Below the pieces are notes generated by a model. It saw nothing but the letters and a program-made list of their open reading frames with translations. It did not search any database and had not been told where the DNA came from. Below are positions 57,671 through 64,000 of a stretch of DNA of 64,000 nucleotides, in pieces (the stretch's first letter is position 1; every line of letters starts with the position of its first letter). Source of the DNA: Spirochaetia bacterium (GTDB lineage: Bacteria > Spirochaetota > Spirochaetia > CADAEX01). The stretch lies in the NCBI GenBank assembly GCA_963662795.1, contig OY759746.1, positions 672,001-736,000 on the forward strand. Direction: 5' to 3'. The position numbers and the translations under genes are program-made.

Positions 57671-58864
57671 TTATTTTGCCCCTCTGGAAATAAGGACCCG
57701 GACCATATCATCGGAAGCGTTTGATTTTTTCGCGATATCAAGCACTGTCCCGCCTGTTTTGGTACGGCTGCTTACATCAACGCCTTTGGAAATAAGATAT
57801 TCCGCAATAGACGGATTATCAGCATGATAGGGAGTATAACCGGAATTCTGGATATTAACATCAAGACCCTGGGCCGCATAGTGAAGCGCATTAAAACCTG
57901 AGCTGTCAGCTGCCGCAGTATCAGCTCCTTTTTCCACAAGAAACTTTACAATATCAGGATATCCGTATTTTGACGCAGCGTGAAGAGCTGTCATACCGCT
58001 TTTATCTTTCGCGTTTAAATCAGCGCCTGCGAAGTAAAGAAGCCTAGTAATTTCGGCGGATGCTCTGAAAACCGGAGTTTCAACTCCCCCCCCGGCTGAT
58101 GCGGTTCTCATCAGGTAGATGCTGCCTTCACAGCCTGAATGCAGAGGCCTGCTGCCGCTTTTATCCTGAAGGTTGACATCAAGTCCCGAGACAATAAGCG
58201 CCTTGGCAATATCCGCGCCGCCGAACCGGGATGCAGTGTGAAGAAGTGATTGTCCGTTTCCATCTATCTGGAAAATATCAAGCCCTTTTTTCTGAAAAAA
58301 GGTAAAGAGCTCAGACGAATATCTATTTATCACAGTGAGATAAAGCAGCCTGCCGGATTTTACAGATGCCCCTTTTTTAATAAAATATCTTACCACCTCT
58401 TCATTAACATCAAAAGCTTTTTCAAATAACGGCTTTCCGTCCTCAGATAAAGCATCAGGATCAGCTCCTCCGTCAAGAAGCAGTTCTGCAGATTCCGCCG
58501 AACGTGTTTCAAGCGCGATTTCAAGAGGCAGTTTCCCTTTTAACTTGTAGTCAGATGAGAGCCCTCTTTTATTGGGGTCAGCGCCGTATTCAAGAAGGAG
58601 TTTAATATAGGATGGCCCGTTGACATTATCCCAGGCAGCTGTTCCCAGCGGTGTGTCGCCGGAGATCCCGTTATCCGCAATGTTTGCAAGAGAAGGGTTT
58701 TCCGCAAGCAGGGCTTTTACTTCTTCGTACTGATTTTTTCTTATAAGAACATGTATAGACGGTTTTTCGTTTTTGTCAAGCATGACCGGCAGCATATAAA
58801 TGCATGAATCAAGCAGGAGGAGTAACCCGGCTGTAATAAGTAATTTAAACGCTGATTTAACCAT
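57671..58864 (-). CDS. Ankyrin-repeat protein, probable lipoprotein
   Basis: Repeated G.TPL..A / GADPN / G.TALH.A units; LLDSC lipobox-like signal. Start at ATG 58864. Confidence 0.88.
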   Translation of the reverse strand: MVKSAFKLLITAGLLLLLDSCIYMLPVMLDKNEKPSIHVLIRKNQYEEVKALLAENPSLANIADNGISGDTPLGTAAWDNVNGPSYIKLLLEYGADPNKRGLSSDYKLKGKLPLEIALETRSAESAELLLDGGADPDALSEDGKPLFEKAFDVNEEVVRYFIKKGASVKSGRLLYLTVINRYSSELFTFFQKKGLDIFQIDGNGQSLLHTASRFGGADIAKALIVSGLDVNLQDKSGSRPLHSGCEGSIYLMRTASAGGGVETPVFRASAEITRLLYFAGADLNAKDKSGMTALHAASKYGYPDIVKFLVEKGADTAAADSSGFNALHYAAQGLDVNIQNSGYTPYHADNPSIAEYLISKGVDVSSRTKTGGTVLDIAKKSNASDDMVRVLISRGAK

Positions 58865-58933
58865 ACCGCACTCTCCTTTGCATATTATTTTACAATGATT
58901 CAGATAATAATGCACGGAATATAATGCGCGGTA

Positions 58934-58959
58934 ATTAAAACCGGGGCTTTAACCCCGGT
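58934..58959 (-). terminator. Intrinsic terminator after fabF
   Basis: ACCGGGG-CTTTAA-CCCCGGT stem, followed by TTTAAT on the minus strand. Confidence 0.65.
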
Positions 58960-58971
58960 CTTGGGTTATAG

Positions 58972-60216
58972 CTACCTGAGTTTACCAAGAGCAATTGTTG
59001 AATTGTGTCCGCCGAATCCGAAAGAGTTTGACAATGCGATATTCACATTCTTTTCAACTACTTGCATGTTAAGAGATTTCAGTTTTATTTCAGGATCCTG
59101 GTTGAATATATTGATGTTTGCCGGGATTTTACCGTCCCTTATCGCCAGAGCGCAGATTATCCCTTCAACTGCAGCGGCAGCGCCGAGAATATGGCCGTGC
59201 ATTGATTTTGTACTGCCGACACAGACTTTATCATCTTTATCGTTCAGCAGCTTTAAAATAGCTTTTGACTCTGCTATGTCCCCGACTGGTGTTGAAGTTC
59301 CATGCGTATTTATATAATCAACATCTTCCGGATTTATTCCGCCCATATTCAAAGCCATTTTCATGGAAGCATAAGCCCCGTTTCCTTCAGGGTCGGGAGC
59401 TACAAAATCATATGCGTCTCCCGACATGCCGGAGGAAAGGAGCTCGCATATAATGTTTGCGCCTCTTTTTTTGGCATGCTCATACTCTTCAAGAACAAGA
59501 ATGCCGGAGCCTTCCCCCATGACAAATCCGTCCCTGTCCCTGTCAAAAGGACGGGATGCGGTTTCCGGTGAATCATTTCTGATTGATACAGCCCTCATAT
59601 TTGAGAATCCGCCGACAGCCAGTTCAGATATAGTCCCTTCAGCGCCGCCTGCGAACATGACATCAGCCATTCCTGTTTTTATAATCATGGAGGATACCGC
59701 AATTGCGTGGTTTGATGTTGCGCATGCGGTCTGAACACTCATGTTCGGGCCCTTGATGCTGTAGAGCATGCTTATAAAGCCCGCGGCTATATTGCCTATG
59801 GATAGAGGGATGTAAAAAGGGCTGATTCTTCTTGCCCCTTTTGTGGCAAGCGCCACAGAATTTTCATGCTGAACAGTAAGTCCTCCAATGCCGCTGCCAA
59901 CTATGAGGCCGGTCCTGTAGGGATCTTCTATCTTTACGCCTGATGATTCATAAGCCTCTTTCATTGCGGCGGCGGCATAATGACAGAACAGGTCCATCCT
60001 TTTTGCAACTTTCAGCTGTTCCTCTGTATAGTATTTTTTATAATCAAAATCCTTAATTTCAGCAGCAATCTTACATGAGACAGAAGAAGTATCGAATTTT
60101 GTGATTTTCCCGACAGCGCATCTGCCGGCAAGCACACTCTTCCATGTCTCTTCGACATTATTACCGAGCGGATTTATCGTTCCCATTCCGGTTATTACCA
60201 CTCTTCTGGTTTCCAT
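58972..60216 (-). CDS. fabF: 3-oxoacyl-ACP synthase II
   Basis: RRVVITGMG, TACAT (catalytic Cys), HGTST, KSMHGH and SNSFGFGGHN motifs. Start at ATG 60216. Confidence 0.95.
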   Translation of the reverse strand: METRRVVITGMGTINPLGNNVEETWKSVLAGRCAVGKITKFDTSSVSCKIAAEIKDFDYKKYYTEEQLKVAKRMDLFCHYAAAAMKEAYESSGVKIEDPYRTGLIVGSGIGGLTVQHENSVALATKGARRISPFYIPLSIGNIAAGFISMLYSIKGPNMSVQTACATSNHAIAVSSMIIKTGMADVMFAGGAEGTISELAVGGFSNMRAVSIRNDSPETASRPFDRDRDGFVMGEGSGILVLEEYEHAKKRGANIICELLSSGMSGDAYDFVAPDPEGNGAYASMKMALNMGGINPEDVDYINTHGTSTPVGDIAESKAILKLLNDKDDKVCVGSTKSMHGHILGAAAAVEGIICALAIRDGKIPANINIFNQDPEIKLKSLNMQVVEKNVNIALSNSFGFGGHNSTIALGKLR

Positions 60217-60339
60217 AAAGTCCATCCTTAAATAAAAAGTGATTATAAAATAACACAGAGGGAAATGAAATTCTTTCGGAATTATCCATTTTTTTTGTGC
60301 TATTGTCTGATTCATTCTTTTATGAGATAATCTGATTAC

Positions 60340-61176
60340 ATGAAACTGCTTTTTTTCGTAAGAAATATTGTAATAAATGAAAGAAACAAGACAAATATCA
60401 CAAAACATTCCCATGATTTCCATGAAATTCTCTATTGTACGGAAAGTAATTCCAAAATTATAACGGAAGGTGATTTGTTGTTTTATCCGGCAGGCCAGGA
60501 TCACTATATCAGTTATGAAAAGGGGAACCAGATAAAACTTTATCAGCTTTATTTTTCGGAAGAACTTTTTTCAACTTCAGTCAATATAGAAAAGGAAGCC
60601 CTGTACATACTCGGGCAGATCAAGCTTTACCTTAAAAAAGGTAATCTCCTCCGCCTCTCCAGAATAGGCTCGGAGAGGATATTGAAGCTTTTTGAAAGCA
60701 TGAGGTGGGAATTTACAAAGAGGTACAGGGGATATTCCTGGACAATAAGGCTTAAACTGATTGAATTACTTGTTACTGTAATCAGGGACAGGGAGTTCAA
60801 GCTGCCGATAAGGGGCGAGATGGGAAAACCGCTTTCGAACAGCCATATCCAGGATGTGCTTTTGTACCTCGACGCTGATTACATGAACAGGATAACAATA
60901 GAAAACGTACTGCAGTTTTCCCCTTTAAGCAGAAGCCATTTTCACGCATTATTTAAAAAAGAGACAGGCGAGACATTTATCGGATACCTCAATAAACTCC
61001 GCTGCGAAAAGGCATGCGAAATGCTGGTTGCGACAGACGATACTGTTCTTGATATATCCTTAAAAGCAGGATTCAACAATTTAAGCCATTTCTGCCATAC
61101 ATTTAAGGAGATTAAAGGGATTTCCCCGACAAAGTTCAGGTCTCAGGCAATGATGAGAAATCTGGTTTCCGTCTGA
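60340..61176 (+). CDS. AraC family transcriptional regulator
   Basis: N-terminal cupin (KHSHDFHEI); C-terminal SRSHFHALFKKETG...GFNNLSHF...GISP. Confidence 0.93.
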   Translation: MKLLFFVRNIVINERNKTNITKHSHDFHEILYCTESNSKIITEGDLLFYPAGQDHYISYEKGNQIKLYQLYFSEELFSTSVNIEKEALYILGQIKLYLKKGNLLRLSRIGSERILKLFESMRWEFTKRYRGYSWTIRLKLIELLVTVIRDREFKLPIRGEMGKPLSNSHIQDVLLYLDADYMNRITIENVLQFSPLSRSHFHALFKKETGETFIGYLNKLRCEKACEMLVATDDTVLDISLKAGFNNLSHFCHTFKEIKGISPTKFRSQAMMRNLVSV

Positions 61177-61188
61177 AGAGGAAATATT

Positions 61189-62457
61189 TCACTCTGTTTC
61201 TGTTGATGCGGATTTTTTCTCAAGCTTTTTCAGTATGGCCAGACATCCGATTCCCGATATAAACACAAGTAAAAGAAATGCCGCAGTGAACCGCGGGTTA
61301 AGGGCTGACATCATCCCCGCCAGGTAGCTGAAAGGGGCAGTCCCTCCGTATATTACAGCATAGACGATGGACATGGTTTTTGCCCTGTGATTGTCATCAA
61401 CCTGATTCGCGAAACTGCTATTAATAAACGGGGTCACGAGGGCATATCCGACAGCGCCGATAACAGTAGAAATCATTGCGGACATAAAACTCCCCTGAGG
61501 CGCAATTAAAAGAATTCCATAGCTTAATATAAGCGTTATAAATCCGAACAGAAGGGGCTTTTTGGGATCATGCCTGCCCAGGGTGGGCATGATAAAGATA
61601 TAGATAAAAAGAACAATAGCAGAAGTTACAGCCGGGAAAACAGCAAGGTCTGCCTGCGGAAGGCCGAGACCCCTGTTAAGAATAATTCCAAGAAAAATAT
61701 TTTTAAGCTGTATATGGATATTATTAAGCAGAACAAGAAAAAAAGCAGTCAGAGCTGCAGGGTTTGTCACAAGCAAACGTATTGCGACCGGGTACTGTCT
61801 GAAGACCTGAAAAACCGTATACCGTCTTGATTCTTCAATCTTTATCAGACCTGTTCTTGTTTCGGTTGTAAGTTTATTTCTGATTAAAATCATTGTTGTC
61901 ATTGATACAAAGGCGAAAAAATACAGCGCCCTTACAGCCGGAATAAGTGAAAATTTAAGAATAAGCCATCCCGCGAAAGGGGCAAAAAAGCCTGCCAGAA
62001 TATTCGCGACCTCAACCCATGAGTAAATATGGACCCGCTCTTCCGCTTTAGCGTCTTCAATCATCAGACAGTTCCAGGAGTTCTGTACAATCCTTACGCT
62101 TGCGTTAAGTATTCCGGCAATCATGAAATAATGGATATTCTGCGCCGCTGCCCAGATCAGTGTCGGTAGAGTCCAGGCTGTTATATCGAAAATCAATGAG
62201 GTCAGCCGTCTTCCCAGCCTGTCGGTAATAAATCCTCCTGCAAGAGCAAATATCATCTGGAATGTAAGGCCTACAGCCGAGACAAGCCCGATCTCCATGT
62301 TTGTAAGACCCAGTGCAAGCATATAAAGCGACGCATAGGTAATATAGAGATTGAACGGAATACCCCATAATGGTTCAAGTACAACACAATATCTGGTATT
62401 GGGATTAAACCCCTTAAGAGTGCGGAAAGACTCCATCATTTTTTCTTTTATTAACAT
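61189..62457 (-). CDS. MFS transporter
   Basis: GGFITDRLGRR motif A; about 12 TM segments. Confidence 0.9.
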   Translation of the reverse strand: MLIKEKMMESFRTLKGFNPNTRYCVVLEPLWGIPFNLYITYASLYMLALGLTNMEIGLVSAVGLTFQMIFALAGGFITDRLGRRLTSLIFDITAWTLPTLIWAAAQNIHYFMIAGILNASVRIVQNSWNCLMIEDAKAEERVHIYSWVEVANILAGFFAPFAGWLILKFSLIPAVRALYFFAFVSMTTMILIRNKLTTETRTGLIKIEESRRYTVFQVFRQYPVAIRLLVTNPAALTAFFLVLLNNIHIQLKNIFLGIILNRGLGLPQADLAVFPAVTSAIVLFIYIFIMPTLGRHDPKKPLLFGFITLILSYGILLIAPQGSFMSAMISTVIGAVGYALVTPFINSSFANQVDDNHRAKTMSIVYAVIYGGTAPFSYLAGMMSALNPRFTAAFLLLVFISGIGCLAILKKLEKKSASTETE

Positions 62458-62578
62458 CTTTTTCCTGTCTGTTTTTGCAAAAAAGCCCGGTAAACACTTA
62501 CTGATTTTATTTACATTATTGATTTATATATCCAAAAAACTCAAGGCAGGATATAGTATATTTTATGGAGGAAATGAA

Positions 62579-63448
62579 ATGCCTGTAATAAAATCTGATA
62601 AAATTGAAGTTTCAGCAAAAACAACGGGAGCTGAACTTACCAGCATAAAGAGCAAGGACGGAACGGAATACCTGTGGCAGGCAGACCCTGCGTTCTGGCC
62701 CAAGCGCTCACCCCTTCTTTTCCCGATCATAGGAAGTATTCCTGACAAAAGCTATGTATTTGAGGGAAAAACTTTTCATCTTGAGAATCATGGATTTATC
62801 TGGACAAAAGAATTTAAACTTGCCGGGGAAAAAGCTGATTATATGAGGTTTGAAATTACTGAAAGCGAAGAAACCCTTGCTGTTTATCCTTTCCGCTTTA
62901 ACTTATCGGTGGGATACAGGGTAAAAGGCGATGTACTTTCAGTTGAATACCAGATAAAAAACAGCGATTCAAAAACAATATACTTCTCGATCGGCGCCCA
63001 TCCGGGATTCAGGGTGCCTGCGGAAAAAAGCGATAAAAGGGAAGATTATGATATTATTTTTGAGAAAAAGGAAACTGTTAAAAGATATTTCCTCAACAAG
63101 GATAATGTATTAAGCGGTGAATCAGAAATTTTTCTTGAAAACAGCGACAGGACGGAAGTCAACAGGGAGCTTTTTGAAAAAGGGGCCATAGTACTTAAGG
63201 ATCACAAGTCAAGAAGCGTATCACTTAAAAGCAGAAAATCCGGCCGTTTTGTAAAGCTTGACTTTAAAGGGTTTCCCTGCCTCGGCATATGGTCGCCAAA
63301 GGGGGACACACCGTTTGTATGCGTTGAGCCCTGGTACGGAGTCATGCCGCTTGCAGGTTCCAATCAGGATATTACGAAAAAAGAAGGGATTATAGCTCTT
63401 GAGAAGGGGAAGGTTTTCTCTTCGGTTTATTACATTACAGTCGGTTAA
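62579..63448 (+). CDS. Aldose 1-epimerase family protein (LacX-like)
   Basis: GAEL.S, EYLWQAD, SPLLFP, HGF, GAHPGF and FVCVEPW motifs; GGAGG RBS before ATG 62579. Confidence 0.9.
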   Translation: MPVIKSDKIEVSAKTTGAELTSIKSKDGTEYLWQADPAFWPKRSPLLFPIIGSIPDKSYVFEGKTFHLENHGFIWTKEFKLAGEKADYMRFEITESEETLAVYPFRFNLSVGYRVKGDVLSVEYQIKNSDSKTIYFSIGAHPGFRVPAEKSDKREDYDIIFEKKETVKRYFLNKDNVLSGESEIFLENSDRTEVNRELFEKGAIVLKDHKSRSVSLKSRKSGRFVKLDFKGFPCLGIWSPKGDTPFVCVEPWYGVMPLAGSNQDITKKEGIIALEKGKVFSSVYYITVG

Positions 63449-64000
63449 ATTACAACCTGCATTCCGTCATACGCAGTTTCAAGTTCAACTTCATCAAGCC
63501 TGTCAAGCATATCCTGGCCCATATGGGTCAGGATTATTTTTCTGCTTTTAATTTCATCAAGGTGATCGGAGAGTGTTTTATAGCTTAAGTGGTTTTTCAT
63601 TATTTTCTCAAAATAATATGCCTCGCATATGAAAAGATCGGTTCCGTCCGCTGTCTGTAGAAGACCCCGGCACCACTCGGAATCGCCGGAATAACCTAAA
63701 ACCTTTTCTCCGCATCCGATGCGGCAGGAATAGGAGGGATCTCCGCTTTCATGCACGGCAATGGCCGGCATTACGGTAAATGATGCAATAACAGCCGGTA
63801 TATCAGGCTCAATTTCCATAAACTGGATATCAAAGTTCCTTTTTACCCCCCAGGAACCGGGGTAAAAAACTTCCATTGCCTCCTGCACCCTTTTTTCGAG
63901 TCCCGGAGGGCCTGCTATCAGCAGGGGGCGGCTTCTCCTGGTAATAAGCTGGGCGTCAAGAATAAAAAAGGGTAGCCCTCCGAAATGATCTCCGTGGAGA
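63445..64000 (-). CDS. MBL-fold metallo-hydrolase (RNase Z-like), 5' end outside the window
   Basis: The frame reads LHGDHFGGLP at the window edge; YSGD, CEA and LTH motifs follow. Confidence 0.85.
   Translation of the reverse strand, partial: LHGDHFGGLPFFILDAQLITRRSRPLLIAGPPGLEKRVQEAMEVFYPGSWGVKRNFDIQFMEIEPDIPAVIASFTVMPAIAVHESGDPSYSCRIGCGEKVLGYSGDSEWCRGLLQTADGTDLFICEAYYFEKIMKNHLSYKTLSDHLDEIKSRKIILTHMGQDMLDRLDEVELETAYDGMQVVI

Noticed and set aside
60217-60504. 96-aa N-terminal extension of fabF overlapping araC
   Set aside because: FabF homology starts at METRRVVITG (60216); the extension crosses the divergent promoter and araC.
62351-62578. N-terminal extension of the aldose epimerase overlapping the MFS gene
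   Set aside because: A GGAGG RBS precedes ATG 62579, where family similarity begins.
1-64000. tRNA, rRNA, riboswitch or CRISPR array; the many short antisense ORFs in the track
   Set aside because: I recognised no such RNA or array by eye (Infernal/tRNAscan would be decisive). The short ORFs lie opposite well-supported genes and lack motifs.

Overview
A 64-kb bacterial chromosomal window. The 'FAGGKKE'-type solute-binding signal peptides suggest a free-living spirochaete (inference). Left to right: (1) pyrK-pyrD-carA-carB; (2) an exported polysaccharide-deacetylase plus (alpha/alpha)6 glycosidase-like pair, then marC; (3) a LysR-controlled tricarboxylate operon (aconitase, PrpF-family isomerase, tctCBA, citDEF); (4) a ~24-kb organophosphonate-catabolism island (PhnA, PhnX-like HAD, Zn-ADH, PehA-like hydrolase, TAXI-TRAP and peptide-type ABC uptake, XRE regulator, two-component system) with several decaying genes, ending at a dead IS5 element and an IS3 remnant; (5) an uncharacterised ~10.6-kb minus-strand locus; (6) ankyrin lipoprotein, fabF, araC, MFS, aldose epimerase and a partial MBL hydrolase. 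Locus (5) is the best candidate for an undescribed system. It holds four paralogues of an unrecognised ~240-aa protein family together with a HipA/PI3-4K-like kinase, a PPP-type metallophosphoesterase, a degenerate GGDEF protein and a Ser/Thr pseudokinase. Its three-paralogue block is present twice as a near-identical ~2.39-kb direct repeat, 8205 bp apart. I saw no rRNA, tRNA or CRISPR array. All family calls come from motif recognition by eye; no database search was run.
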